Shown one piece after another: positions 35,464-46,149 of a stretch of DNA of 53,759 nt. The stretch comes from Kribbella sp. (GTDB lineage: Bacteria; Actinomycetota; Actinomycetes; Propionibacteriales; Kribbellaceae), in NCBI GenBank assembly GCA_035697365.1, contig DASSDE010000781.1, positions 1 to 53,759 of the forward strand, written 5' to 3'. Made by a program: the position numbers and the translations under genes. Position 1 is the first letter of the stretch; each line of letters starts with the position of its first letter. The notes beneath the pieces were generated by a model, which did no database searches, was not told the origin of the DNA, and saw only the letters and a program-made list of their open reading frames with translations.

Positions 35464-36186
35464 ATGAGGCATCCGCTGACGGTTTCGGACGTGATGACGC
35501 GGGATGTGATCACGGTGACCGAGGACACGCCGTACAAGGAAGTTGTGGCCCTGCTGGCGCACCACCACATCAGCGCGGTCCCGGTGGTGAACAGGTACGG
35601 CGGCATCGGTGGCGTGGTGTCGGAGACGGATCTGCTCCGGAAGGAGGAGTTCCAGCGGCGGCATTCGCCGTGGCTGCTGCGCTGGTGGAATTCCAGCGTT
35701 CGGTCCAAGGCCGCCGGCGTACGGGCCGGCGAGGTGATGTCGCACCCCGCGGTGACGATCGTGCAGACGGCGACGATTCCCGAGGCGGCGCGGTTGATGG
35801 CGGCCCGGGGGATCACCCGGCTGGTCGTCACCGTCCCCGACGACGAGGTGCTGGCCGGGATCGTCACCAGGTCTGACCTGTTGAAGGCGTTCCTGGAGCC
35901 GGACGACCGGATCCTGCCGCGGATCCGGCGCGACGTCGTGGTACACGCGCTGTGGGACGATCCGTTCGCGTTCGAGGTCAGCGTGCAGGACGGTGTGGTG
36001 ACGTTGTCCGGTGAGGTCGACCACCGCAGTACGGCAGATGTCGCTGCGAAGCTCACCCGTGACGTCGACGGCGTCGTCGGCGTGGTCAACAAGCTGGTCT
36101 GGGTATACGACGACACGGCCGCCGGCCCGAGTCCGCAGCCGTCCCCCGAACTCCGCCGCCGCCCCAACTCAGGCGGCTTGGCCTAA
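35464..36186 (+). CDS. CBS-pair plus BON domain protein
   Basis: VSDVMT..ISAVPVV..GVVSETDLL; GIVTRSDLL; VSVQDGVVTLSGEV..VDGVVGVVNKL; AGGAGG RBS. Confidence 0.92.
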   Translation: MRHPLTVSDVMTRDVITVTEDTPYKEVVALLAHHHISAVPVVNRYGGIGGVVSETDLLRKEEFQRRHSPWLLRWWNSSVRSKAAGVRAGEVMSHPAVTIVQTATIPEAARLMAARGITRLVVTVPDDEVLAGIVTRSDLLKAFLEPDDRILPRIRRDVVVHALWDDPFAFEVSVQDGVVTLSGEVDHRSTADVAAKLTRDVDGVVGVVNKLVWVYDDTAAGPSPQPSPELRRRPNSGGLA

Positions 36187-36188
36187 CC

Positions 36189-38100
36189 ATGGCCGGCGTT
36201 CAGTCAGCGAGCATTCGCGGCCTGTCGGCGGCCGACGCGGTACGACGGCTTGCCGCCGACGGGCCGAACGAGCTTCCCGCACCCCGCCGCCCCGCGCCCT
36301 GGAGACTGCTCGCCGCGCAGCTGACGCACCTGTTCGCGCTGATGCTGTGGGTCGCGGCGGTGCTGGCGCTCGCGGGTGGACTGGCGCCGTTGGCCGTCGC
36401 GATCGTCGTGATCATCGTCCTGAACGGAGTTTTCGCGTTCGCGCAGGAGTACCGAGCCGACCGGGCCGCCGAGCGGCTTCGTGATCTGCTGCCGGCCAAG
36501 GTCCAGGTGATTCGTGACGGTGAGATCAGCACGGTCGATGCGACGCAGTTGGTCCGTGGCGATCTGGTCCTGCTCAGCGCCGGCGATCGGGTGTCGGCGG
36601 ATCTGCGCCCGCGGGCATGCGGTACGAGCCAAGGACAGGTGGGTCGCCGAAGGCGATCCGATGGAGGTCGCTCTGGACGTGCTCGCCCGGCGGCTCGACG
36701 TACCGGCGCCGGCCGTGGACACGATCACGCACCGAGTCACCTTCACGAGCGAGACCCGCTACAGCGCAGTGGTTGCCAACGGCAACACGATGGTGATCGG
36801 TGCCCCCGACGCGCTGCTCCAGTACTGCCGGACCAACGGTGCGGCGGCCGCGGCGGTCGAGAGTTTGGCCGGCCGGGGACGTCGCGTACTTGCGGTGGCG
36901 CAGGCGGCCGGAGTCCTGGTGCAGGACGGCCGCCTACGGCTCTCACCGGATGCGCTCGATCTGCTGGCTGTGGTCGGCCTGGAGGATCCGCCGCGGACGG
37001 ACGTGCACGCCGCCCTGACGACGTGCCGGCAGGCCGGTGTCCGGATCGCGGTCGTCACCGGCGACCACGCGGCGACCGCAGCAGTGATCGCACGCGAGGT
37101 CGGCTTGCTGGGACCTGGTGGACTGGTTGTCACAGGCAATGAGCTGCCTGCGGACGACGAGCATCTGGGTGAGCTGCTGGACCGCGACGACGGCGTCGTG
37201 GTCGCCCGGGTGACGCCGGCGGACAAGCTCCGGATCGCCCGTGCGCTCCGCGCCCGCGGCCACGTGGTCGCGATGACCGGCGACGGTGTGAACGATGCCC
37301 CGGCAATGCGCGAGGCGGACGTCGGCGTGGCGATGGGCGCCGCCGGCAGTGATGTCGCCCGGGCCACGGCCGACCTGGTGCTGCTGGACGACCATTTCGC
37401 CAGCATCGTGACGGCGATCCGGCTCGGCCGGGCGACGTTCTCCAACGTACGGCGCTTCCTCACCTACCACCTGGCCGACAACGTCGCCGAGCTCGCGCCG
37501 TTCGTGGCCTGGGCGTTGTCCGGCGGATCGATTCCGCTCGCGATCGGCGTCCTCCAGGTCCTCGCGCTGGACCTCGGCACGGACGTACTGCCCGCCCTGG
37601 CGCTCGGCGTCGAGCGACCCGGTCCGCGGGTTCTGGACGGCCCCGCGAGACATCACCGGTTGGTCGATCGCCGTCTGATTGTCAGGGCGTTCGGTGTGCT
37701 CGGGATGACAGAGGCAGTGCTGACCATGATTGCGTTCCTTCTCATCCTGTTCGGGCACGGATGGCACTTCGGAGCGCACCCGTCCAGCGCCGCGCTTGCC
37801 GTTGCTTCCGGTACAGCGTTCGCGGTGATCGTGATGACGCAGTACGCGAATGCCTTCGCGTGCCGCAGCGAGCGGAGCACCGTGTTCAAGGTCGGCTTCA
37901 CGACCAACCGGCTGCTGCTGCTGGCGCTGTCCATCGAGGTCGTCTTGTTGATGATCTTCCTCGGTCTGCCCCCGGTGGCGCGGCTGCTCGGCGGTAGCTG
38001 GCCGTCGTACCAGGGTTGGCTGTACGCCGGCGCGTCCGCGCTCGTCCTGCTGCTGGTGGACACCTCGGTCAAACTCCTTCGGAGAGGTGCCCGGCGATGA
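36189..38100 (+). pseudogene. Cation-transporting P-type ATPase with an internal out-of-frame deletion at ~36603-36608
   Basis: N-terminus runs to GDRVSADLR, then another frame resumes at CARGH..GDPMEVAL. TGES, TM3-4/PEGL and DKTGT are absent; TGD and GDGVND are present. Confidence 0.88.
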
Positions 38101-38113
38101 GCGTCAGTCACGC

Positions 38114-38866
38114 TCAGGCAGCGCCCTCCGCGGCGACCGCGTCAGCTTTTGCCTGGGCGGTGTGCGGGTCCAGGTAGCCGCCCCCTCGGAGGACTGGGCG
38201 CAGGTCGCGGTCGAATTCGTAGCGCAGGGGTGCGCCGGTCGGGATGTTGAGCTGTTCGACCTCGGCCGGTGTTCGGCGGTCGAGCACTACCGAGAGTGCG
38301 CGGAGGGAGTTGCCGTGCGCCGCGACCAGCACGGTCAGACCCCGGCGGAGCTGCGGAGCCAGTACGTCGGCCCAGTACGGCGCCACGCGGGGGATCATGT
38401 CGGCCAGGCTCTCCACCGCGGGTATCCCGTGAGGGCGCAGGGCGACGTACCGCGGGTCCGCGCGGAGCTGCGCCAGCTCCTGCGGCGGCAGGGGAGCGGG
38501 ACGTCCGTGGAGCGAGCGGCGCCAGCAGTGGTACCGGTCGGGCCCTGCCTCGGCGCGGACCTCGGTCTTGCGGCGGCCGGTCAAAGCTCCGTACTGGCGT
38601 TCGTTGAGGCGCCACGTGCGCTGGGCCGGGAGCCACAGCCGATCGAGCTCGGCCAGGATAATGTCCGCCGTACTGATCGATCGGGACATCATCGACGTGT
38701 GTACGACCTCCGGCGCGAGGCCCGCCCGCCGCAGAAGCCGCGCTGCCTCCAGCGCCTCCTGCTCGCCTCGGGTTGTGAGTGGTACGTCGACCCACCCGGT
38801 GAAGCGGCCCTCGGCATTCGCTGTGCTCTGCCCGTGCCGGAGCAGGATCAGCGCTCCGGGGCGCAT
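38114..38866 (-). CDS. gpmA: 2,3-bisphosphoglycerate-dependent phosphoglycerate mutase
   Basis: LRHGQS..FTGWVDV, LNERQYGAL, AAHGNSLR, LNIPTG. Confidence 0.93.
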   Translation of the reverse strand: MRPGALILLRHGQSTANAEGRFTGWVDVPLTTRGEQEALEAARLLRRAGLAPEVVHTSMMSRSISTADIILAELDRLWLPAQRTWRLNERQYGALTGRRKTEVRAEAGPDRYHCWRRSLHGRPAPLPPQELAQLRADPRYVALRPHGIPAVESLADMIPRVAPYWADVLAPQLRRGLTVLVAAHGNSLRALSVVLDRRTPAEVEQLNIPTGAPLRYEFDRDLRPVLRGGGYLDPHTAQAKADAVAAEGAA

Positions 38867-39318
38867 TGCAGTGCGGGGGTCTCGGCGTGTGCGCGGGTGA
38901 CCGTTTCCCAGCCGTCGTCGTCCAGAGTGACGACGGTGACCGGGAAGACACCCAGGTTCTCACGATCGATGTGCAAGGACAGATCGGCCAGGAATCGCTT
39001 GACCTGCTGGTCGAAGTCCGGTGCCGTGGTGTCGAGGTCGGCGAGGGTTGCGTCGAAGGCGCGGTGATCTGCCTCCAGATCCAGGACCTCGGCGGCGAAG
39101 TCGCCCTGTTCCTTGAGGGCCGCGAAGACGCCGCGCTCCTCCCGGCTCGCATGCGGGGCGAGTCGGCGGTCGAGCTCGGCCAGCTTCGCGCTTGCCCCGG
39201 CCCGGTCGCCGGCGGCCAGCAGGGTCCGGATCGCACCGGACAGATCAAGCATTTCGTAGTGTTCGTCCATTAATTGGGCGATCGGCTCGACGGCCCGGCA
39301 TCCACAGTGTTCGCACAT
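38848..39318 (-). CDS. Hemerythrin-domain protein with N-terminal CxxCxC
   Basis: MCEHCGC, LMDEH, HASREERGVF, EADH, HIDRENLGVFP. Confidence 0.85.
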   Translation of the reverse strand: MCEHCGCRAVEPIAQLMDEHYEMLDLSGAIRTLLAAGDRAGASAKLAELDRRLAPHASREERGVFAALKEQGDFAAEVLDLEADHRAFDATLADLDTTAPDFDQQVKRFLADLSLHIDRENLGVFPVTVVTLDDDGWETVTRAHAETPALQCAPER

Positions 39319-39354
39319 GGCATCGACGTTAGGTGGACCAAGCCTCCGCGCCCA

Positions 39355-39368
39355 GGGTCTTTCGGCCC
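39355..39368. promoter_or_regulatory. DosR/OsdR-like box
   Basis: GGGTCTTTCGGCCC within CCAGGG..CCCTGG between divergent hemerythrin and narK genes. Confidence 0.72.
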
Positions 39369-39476
39369 TGGTGCTGGGTGGTGCGCGCGTCCGAGGATCG
39401 GGTGTCGGGCCACGGATGCGGTTTGCGCATTCGTGGCCTGGGCACGTCATCACTGACCTGAGGGGGACACGAGGAC

Positions 39477-40721
39477 ATGAGCCGAACCAGAGTTGCCGCG
39501 TCGACCAGCTCGGTCGGGACGCCTACGAGGCCGTCGCCGTGGTTGATGTTGGCGGTGGCTACCGTCGGGTTCGCGGTGAACTTCTGGGCCTGGGCGTTGC
39601 TGAGTCCGCTCGGGCCGCTGTTCCGGACCGAGGGAACACTCGGCCGGTTGTCAGAGTCCGACGTCGCGCTGCTGGTCGCCGTACCGGTGCTGGTCGGCTC
39701 GGTCGGCCGCATTCCGGTCGGCGCTCTGACCGATCGCTACGGCGGCCGGGTGATGTTCCCGGCGGTGTCGGCGGTGACGATCCTGCCGATCCTGTTCATC
39801 GGTGTGTTCGCGCTCCATTCGTACGCTGCCTTGCTGGTCGGCGGCTTCTTCCTCGGCATCGGCGGTACGGCGTTCGCGGTCGGGGTGCCGTTCGTGAACG
39901 CGTGGTTCCCGCCGGAGCGCAGGGGTCTCGCGGTGGGCATCTTCGGCGCCGGGATGGGCGGTACGGCGATCAGCGCGCTGACGACCGTGAAGTTGTACAG
40001 CAATGCCGGCCACCGGGTCCCGTTCCTGATCACCGCCGCGGCGCTGGCCGCCTACACGGTGATTGCCTTGCTGGTGCTGCGGGACGCGCCCGGCCGGCGG
40101 CCGGCCCACGGATCGCTGATGACCCGGCTCGTTGCGAACGCGAAACTTCCGATCAGTTGGCAGGCCTGCATCCTCTACGCAGTGGCGTTCGGCGGGTACG
40201 TGGCGTTCTCGGTGTACTTGCCGTCGTACCTGAAGACGGCCTACGAACTGGGCGCCGCCGATGCGGCGAACCGGATGGCGGGGTTCGTCGTGGTGGCGGT
40301 TGTGATGCGGCCAGTCGGTGGCTGGCTGTCGGACCGGTTCGGTCCCGTCGTGGTGCTGGCATGCTGCTACGCGGTGGTCGTCGCGGGCGCGGCGGTGGCA
40401 GCCACCGCGCCACTGCTGGAACATGTCGGCACCGCCGCGTTCCTGTCGATGGCGGCCGCGCTCGGCGGCGGCAGCGGGGCCACGTTCGCGCTCGTTGCCA
40501 AAGTTACCGATCCGGCTCGGGTCGGTGGGGTGACCGGGCTCGTCGGCGCGGCCGGCGGTCTGGGCGGGTTCGTGCCGCCGCTGATCATGGGCTACGTCTA
40601 CGGCCGCACCCAGTCCTACGGCATCGGTCTGACGCTGCTCTCGGTGACGGCAGGCTTGACTCTTCTGTTGACAGTGACCATCGTCAGAAACACGGCGCGG
40701 ACGGCAGCCAACCCCGCCTAG
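39477..40721 (+). CDS. narK: NarK-family nitrate/nitrite MFS transporter
   Basis: GRIPVGALTDRYGGR, WFPPERRGLAVGIFGAG, GLVGAAGGLGGF; directly upstream of narG. Confidence 0.92.
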   Translation: MSRTRVAASTSSVGTPTRPSPWLMLAVATVGFAVNFWAWALLSPLGPLFRTEGTLGRLSESDVALLVAVPVLVGSVGRIPVGALTDRYGGRVMFPAVSAVTILPILFIGVFALHSYAALLVGGFFLGIGGTAFAVGVPFVNAWFPPERRGLAVGIFGAGMGGTAISALTTVKLYSNAGHRVPFLITAAALAAYTVIALLVLRDAPGRRPAHGSLMTRLVANAKLPISWQACILYAVAFGGYVAFSVYLPSYLKTAYELGAADAANRMAGFVVVAVVMRPVGGWLSDRFGPVVVLACCYAVVVAGAAVAATAPLLEHVGTAAFLSMAAALGGGSGATFALVAKVTDPARVGGVTGLVGAAGGLGGFVPPLIMGYVYGRTQSYGIGLTLLSVTAGLTLLLTVTIVRNTARTAANPA

Positions 40722-40750
40722 CGGCCCGACTCGATCAGCGAGGAAACCGG

Positions 40751-43700
40751 ATGACTACTGGGGCACATCCCGAAAACGGCCACCGCACTCCTGAGACCGG
40801 TCTGGATGGCGGGCTGAGCGAGGCGTTGGTGCGCACTCGCCGCTACTTCACCAAGGGAGAAGTGTCGGCGGATCTGCGAACGTTGAGCAAGAAGGGTGGT
40901 CGAGGCGCCGACGACTTCTACCGCGACCGCTGGAGCCACGACAAGGTCGTACGCTCGACCCACGGCGTGAACTGCACCGGTTCGTGCTCGTGGAAGGTGT
41001 ACGTCAAGGACGGCATCATCACCTGGGAGACCCAGCAGACCGACTACCCGTCGGCCGGGCCGGACTCGCCGGAGTACGAGCCGCGCGGCTGCCCGCGGGG
41101 TGCGGCGTTCTCCTGGTACACCTACTCACCGACGCGAGTGCGCTACCCCTACATCCGCGGCGTGCTGCTGCAGATGTACCGCGAGGCGAAGTCCCAGCAC
41201 GGGGGCGACCCGGTGAAGGCGTGGGCGCACATCGTCGACAACCCCGCTCGGGCGAAGGCCTACAAGTCGGCCCGCGGCAAGGGCGGCCTGGTCCGCGCGA
41301 GCTGGGACGAAGCGGTCGAGCTGGTCGCCGCGGCCCACGTACACACCATCCAGAAGTGGGGTCCGGACCGGATAGCGGGCTTCTCACCGATCCCGGCGAT
41401 GTCGATGGTCTCGCACGCCTCGGGCGCCCGGTTCGTGAACCTCGTCGGTGGCTCGATGCTGTCCTTCTACGACTGGTACGCCGACCTCCCGGTGGCCTCG
41501 CCGCAGGTCTTCGGCGACCAGACCGACGTACCGGAGTCCGGCGACTGGTGGGACGCCGGCTACCTGATCATGTGGGGCTCCAACGTTCCGGTCACCCGGA
41601 CGCCGGACGCGCACTGGATGACCGAGGCCCGGTACCGCGGCCAGAAGGTCGTAGCGGTAGCGCCCGACTATGCCGACAACGTCAAGTTCGCCGACGAATG
41701 GTTGCCGGCGGCACCCGGTACGGACGGTGCGCTGGCCCTGTCGATGGGGCATGTAATCCTCAAGGAGTTCTTCGTCGACCGCGAGACGCCGTACTTCCGC
41801 GACTACACCAAGCGCTACACCGACCTGCCGTTCCTGGTGAAGGTCGACGTCGACGACCACGGCGTGCACTGGCCGGGGAAGTTCCTGACCGCGGAGGACC
41901 TCGCCGCTCACCAGGGCGAGCAGAACGCGGCCTTCAAGACCGTGCTGATCGACGCCGCCACCGACGCACCCGTAGTGCCGAACGGCAGCCTCGGCCACCG
42001 GTTCGGAGCTGACGGGGAAGGCAAGTGGAACCTCGATCTCGGTGACGTGGACCCGCGACTGACGCTCGCCGGGCCGGGAGCCGAGTCCGTCGAGCTCGAA
42101 CTGCCCCGCTTCGACAACCCTGACGGCACGGCCCACAGCCTGCGCCGGGGCGTGCCCGTACGCCGGGTGGAGGGGCACCTGGTCACCACCGTACTGGACC
42201 TGATGCTGGCCCAGTACGGCGTCGGCCGCGACGGCCTGCCCGGTGAGTGGCCCACGGGCTACGACGACGCTGACGCACCCGGCACACCGGCCTGGCAGGA
42301 ACGTTTCACGGGCGTACCCGGCGCGGCCGCGGCCCGCATCGGGCGGGAGTTCGCGCAGAACGCCGAGGAGTCCAAGGGCCGATCCATGATCTTGATGGGC
42401 GCGGGCACCAACCACTGGTTCCACTCCGACACCATCTACCGGGCGTTCCTCGCGCTGATCACGCTCACCGGCTGTCAGGGCGTCAACGGCGGCGGATGGG
42501 CCCACTACGTCGGGCAGGAGAAGGTCCGCCCGATCACCGGCTACAACCAGGTTGCCAATGCGCTGGACTGGAGCCGGCCGCCGCGCAACATGATCCAGAC
42601 GGCGTACTGGTACCTGCACACCGACCAGTTCCGGTACGACCAGTTCGGAGCGGACACCCTCTCGGCCCGCGCGGGCGAGGGTGACCTGGCGGGCAAGTCC
42701 ACCGCCGACGTGATCGCGCAGAGCGCCCGAATGGGATGGTCGCCGTCCTACCCGACCTTCGATCGCAACCCGCTCGACCTGGTGGACGAGGCGGCCGCGG
42801 CCGGCCACAGCGCCGCCGAGCACATCGTGACCGGCCTCAAGGACGGAACCATCAACTTCGCCTGCGAGGACCCCGACGCTCCCGAGAACTATCCGCGGGT
42901 GCTGTCGATCTGGCGGGCCAATCTGCTCGGCTCGTCGTCGAAGGGCAACGAGTACTTCCTCAAGCACCTGCTCGGCACGGACTCCTCGGTACGCGCGACG
43001 GAGACGCCGGCGCAATTGCGCCCGCAGGACATCACCTGGCACGACCAGGCCCCGGAGGGAAAGCTCGATCTGCTGCTGACCCTGGACTTTCGCCAGACCA
43101 GCACCACGATCTTCTCCGATGTGGTGCTGCCGGCCGCGACCTGGTACGAGAAGCACGACCTGAACACCACCGACATGCACCCGTTCGTGCATTCGTTCAA
43201 CCCCGCGATCGCGCCGCCGTGGCAGACCCGTACCGACTGGGACGCGTGGCGCGCGATCGCGGCGAAGTTCAGCGAGCTCGCCGGTCCGCGTTTGGGGATC
43301 CGCCGCGATGTGGTGGCGGTGCCGCTGATGCACGACACTCCGGACGCGATGGCCAACCCGCATGGTGTCGTCCGCGACTGGAAGAAGGGCGAGTGCGAGC
43401 CGGTCCCGGGCATCACGATGCCCAAGCTGGTCGAGGTCGAGCGTGACTACGGTGCCGTGGCCGACAAGATGAACGCGCTCGGCCCGCTGGCCGACTCCCT
43501 TGGTGCGACCACCAAAGGCGTCACCTTCGAGCTCGGCAAACAGGTCGACTACCTGCGGGCCAAGAACGGCTCGATCCGCGGTGGTGTCGCCGACGGTCGC
43601 CCGTCGCTGGTGCGCGACGTCCACGTCTGCGAGGCGATTCTCGCGATGTCCGGCACCACCAACGGCCACCTCGCGGTGCAGGGCTTCAAGCAGCTCGAGA

Positions 43701-44491
43701 AGCGTACGGGACATCAGATGCACGACCTCGCGGCCGAGCACGAGGGTAAGCAGGTCACCTTCGCCGACACCCAGGCTGCCCCGGTCCCGGTGATCACCTC
43801 ACCGGAGTGGTCGGGCTCGGAGTCCGGCGGCCGGCGGTACTCGCCGTTCACCATCAACGTCGAGCGGCTCAAGCCCTGGCACACCCTGACCGGCCGGCAG
43901 CACTTCTATCTCGACCACGACTGGATGACCGAGCTCGGCGAAGGGCTGCCGGTGTTCCGGCCACCGCTCAACATGGCCGCGCTGTTCGCCGAGCCGGCCA
44001 TCGGGGACGTCGCCGGCCAGGGTGCCGCGGTCGAGGGAGTGACCGTTCGCTACCTGACCCCGCACAACAAGTGGTCGATCCACAGCGAGTACCAGGACAA
44101 TCTGTTCATGCTCTCGCTGTCGCGAGGCGGCCAGAACATCTGGATGAGTGACCGCGACGCGGCCAAGGTCGGGGTCGTGGACAACGACTGGATCGAGGCG
44201 GTCAACCGCAACGGCGTCGTCGTGGCCCGCGCGATCGTCTCGCACCGGATGCCCGAAGGCACGGTCTACATGCACCACGCCCAGGACCGTCTGATCGACG
44301 TACCGCTCACAGAGACCTCTGGTAAGCGCGGCGGCATCCACAACTCACTGACCCGGTTGCTGATCAAGCCCAGCCACCTGATCGGCGGCTACGCCCAACT
44401 GGCGTGGGCGTTCAACTACATCGGCCCGACCGGCAACCAGCGCGACGAGGTGACGGTCATCCGCCGGCGCTCGCAGGAGGTGACGTACTGA
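40751..44491 (+). CDS. narG: Respiratory nitrate reductase alpha subunit
   Basis: RSTHGVNCTGSCSW, EPRGCPRGA, SFYDWYADLP, TPHNKWSIHS, GPTGNQRD; true start ATG 40751 after GAGG. Confidence 0.97.
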   Translation: MTTGAHPENGHRTPETGLDGGLSEALVRTRRYFTKGEVSADLRTLSKKGGRGADDFYRDRWSHDKVVRSTHGVNCTGSCSWKVYVKDGIITWETQQTDYPSAGPDSPEYEPRGCPRGAAFSWYTYSPTRVRYPYIRGVLLQMYREAKSQHGGDPVKAWAHIVDNPARAKAYKSARGKGGLVRASWDEAVELVAAAHVHTIQKWGPDRIAGFSPIPAMSMVSHASGARFVNLVGGSMLSFYDWYADLPVASPQVFGDQTDVPESGDWWDAGYLIMWGSNVPVTRTPDAHWMTEARYRGQKVVAVAPDYADNVKFADEWLPAAPGTDGALALSMGHVILKEFFVDRETPYFRDYTKRYTDLPFLVKVDVDDHGVHWPGKFLTAEDLAAHQGEQNAAFKTVLIDAATDAPVVPNGSLGHRFGADGEGKWNLDLGDVDPRLTLAGPGAESVELELPRFDNPDGTAHSLRRGVPVRRVEGHLVTTVLDLMLAQYGVGRDGLPGEWPTGYDDADAPGTPAWQERFTGVPGAAAARIGREFAQNAEESKGRSMILMGAGTNHWFHSDTIYRAFLALITLTGCQGVNGGGWAHYVGQEKVRPITGYNQVANALDWSRPPRNMIQTAYWYLHTDQFRYDQFGADTLSARAGEGDLAGKSTADVIAQSARMGWSPSYPTFDRNPLDLVDEAAAAGHSAAEHIVTGLKDGTINFACEDPDAPENYPRVLSIWRANLLGSSSKGNEYFLKHLLGTDSSVRATETPAQLRPQDITWHDQAPEGKLDLLLTLDFRQTSTTIFSDVVLPAATWYEKHDLNTTDMHPFVHSFNPAIAPPWQTRTDWDAWRAIAAKFSELAGPRLGIRRDVVAVPLMHDTPDAMANPHGVVRDWKKGECEPVPGITMPKLVEVERDYGAVADKMNALGPLADSLGATTKGVTFELGKQVDYLRAKNGSIRGGVADGRPSLVRDVHVCEAILAMSGTTNGHLAVQGFKQLEKRTGHQMHDLAAEHEGKQVTFADTQAAPVPVITSPEWSGSESGGRRYSPFTINVERLKPWHTLTGRQHFYLDHDWMTELGEGLPVFRPPLNMAALFAEPAIGDVAGQGAAVEGVTVRYLTPHNKWSIHSEYQDNLFMLSLSRGGQNIWMSDRDAAKVGVVDNDWIEAVNRNGVVVARAIVSHRMPEGTVYMHHAQDRLIDVPLTETSGKRGGIHNSLTRLLIKPSHLIGGYAQLAWAFNYIGPTGNQRDEVTVIRRRSQEVTY

Positions 44492-46143
44492 TGCGTGTGA
44501 TGGCGCAGATGGCCATGGTGATGAACCTCGACAAGTGCATCGGCTGCCATACCTGTTCGGTGACCTGTAAACAGGCCTGGACCAACCGGACCGGGACGGA
44601 GTACGTCTGGTTCAACAACGTCGAGACCCGGCCCGGGCAGGGCTACCCGCGGACCTATGAGAACCAGGAGGTGTGGAAGGGCGGCTGGGCGCTCAACAAG
44701 CGCGGACGGTTGACGCTCAAGGCCGGCGGCCGGCTCAAGAAGCTCGCGACGATCTTCTCCAACCCCAAGTTGCCCTCGATCCGCGACTACTACGAGCCCT
44801 GGACGTATGACTACTCCACCCTGACCGACGCGCCGGCCCAGGAACACACCCCGGTGGCGCGGCCCAAGTCGCTGCTCACGGGCAAGAACATGAAGGTCGA
44901 GTGGTCGTCGAACTGGGACGACAACCTCGGTGGCTCAGCGGCGACGGCGAAGAACGACCCGATGCTGGCCAAGATCGCCGACAAGGTGAAGTTCGAGTTC
45001 GAGCAGACCTTCATGTTCTACCTGCCCAGGATCTGCGAGCACTGCCTCAACCCGTCCTGCGCCGCGTCGTGCCCGTCCGGCGCGATCTACAAGCGCGCGG
45101 AGGACGGCATCGTCCTGGTCGACCAGGACCGCTGCCGCGGGTGGCGGATGTGCGTGTCCGGGTGCCCGTACAAGAAGGTGTACTTCAACCACAAGACCGG
45201 CAAGGCCGAGAAGTGCACGTTCTGCTTCCCGCGGATCGAGGTGGGCCTGCCCACGGTCTGTGCCGAGACCTGCGTGGGTCGGCTGCGCTACATCGGTCTG
45301 ATCCTGTACGACGCCGACCGCGTGCTGGAGGCCGCCTCCGTCCCCGACGACCACGACCTCTACGAGGCCCAGCGCTCCGTTCTCCTCGACCCCAACGCCC
45401 CCGAGGTCATCGCGGCCGCCGAGCGCGACGGCATCCCGTACGACTGGGTGCAGGCCGCACAGCGGTCCCCGATCCACGCGCTGATCAACGTCTTCAAGGT
45501 CGCGCTGCCGCTGCACCCGGAGTACCGGACGATGCCGATGGTCTGGTACATCCCGCCGCTGTCGCCGGTGGTCGACGTGATCAAGGACACCGGGTACGAC
45601 GCCGAGGACCGGGCCAACCTGTTCGCCGCGATCGATGCGTTGCGGATCCCGATCGAGTACCTGGCCGAGCTCTTCACCGCCGGCGACGTCGCTCCCGTCG
45701 ACCGCGTCCTGAAGAAGCTCGCCGCGATGCGGTCCTACATGCGTGACATCAACATGGGCCGCGACCCGGACGGGTCGATCCCCGCCGCGGTCGGCATGAG
45801 CGAGGAGGAGATGTACGACATGTACCGCCTGCTCGCGATCGCCAAGTACGACGAGCGGTACGTCATCCCGCCCGCGCACGCCGAACAGGCGCACTCCCTC
45901 GAGGAACTCGGAACCGAGTGCGCCGTCGCCGACTACGACGGAGGGCAGCAAGGACTCTTCGGCGAGGGGTCCGGTGCGCCGACCCCGATCGCGGTCGAGA
46001 ACTTCCAGATGTTGCGGGACCGGCAGACCTCGGACACCCTCGCCTCGCCGTCGGACAAGTCGGCACGGGTGAACCTGCTCAACTGGGACGGCAAGGGTGC
46101 ACCCACCGGCCTGTTCCCGCCGCGCCCGGACGAGAAGGGCTGA
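44491..46143 (+). CDS. narH: Respiratory nitrate reductase beta subunit
   Basis: MNLDKCIGCHTCSVTCK and three more Cys clusters; TGATG coupling to narG. Confidence 0.97.
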   Translation: MRVMAQMAMVMNLDKCIGCHTCSVTCKQAWTNRTGTEYVWFNNVETRPGQGYPRTYENQEVWKGGWALNKRGRLTLKAGGRLKKLATIFSNPKLPSIRDYYEPWTYDYSTLTDAPAQEHTPVARPKSLLTGKNMKVEWSSNWDDNLGGSAATAKNDPMLAKIADKVKFEFEQTFMFYLPRICEHCLNPSCAASCPSGAIYKRAEDGIVLVDQDRCRGWRMCVSGCPYKKVYFNHKTGKAEKCTFCFPRIEVGLPTVCAETCVGRLRYIGLILYDADRVLEAASVPDDHDLYEAQRSVLLDPNAPEVIAAAERDGIPYDWVQAAQRSPIHALINVFKVALPLHPEYRTMPMVWYIPPLSPVVDVIKDTGYDAEDRANLFAAIDALRIPIEYLAELFTAGDVAPVDRVLKKLAAMRSYMRDINMGRDPDGSIPAAVGMSEEEMYDMYRLLAIAKYDERYVIPPAHAEQAHSLEELGTECAVADYDGGQQGLFGEGSGAPTPIAVENFQMLRDRQTSDTLASPSDKSARVNLLNWDGKGAPTGLFPPRPDEKG

Positions 46144-46149
46144 TCTGCG

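Noticed and set aside
39317-40750. Apparent 478-aa N-terminal extension making NarG 1724 aa, or a NarK-NarG fusion
   Set aside because: The extension is an off-frame read through narK, which has its own stop at 40721; narG has an RBS and ATG at 40751. The same artefact inflates the tadB, tadE, permease, ADH and CBS ORFs.
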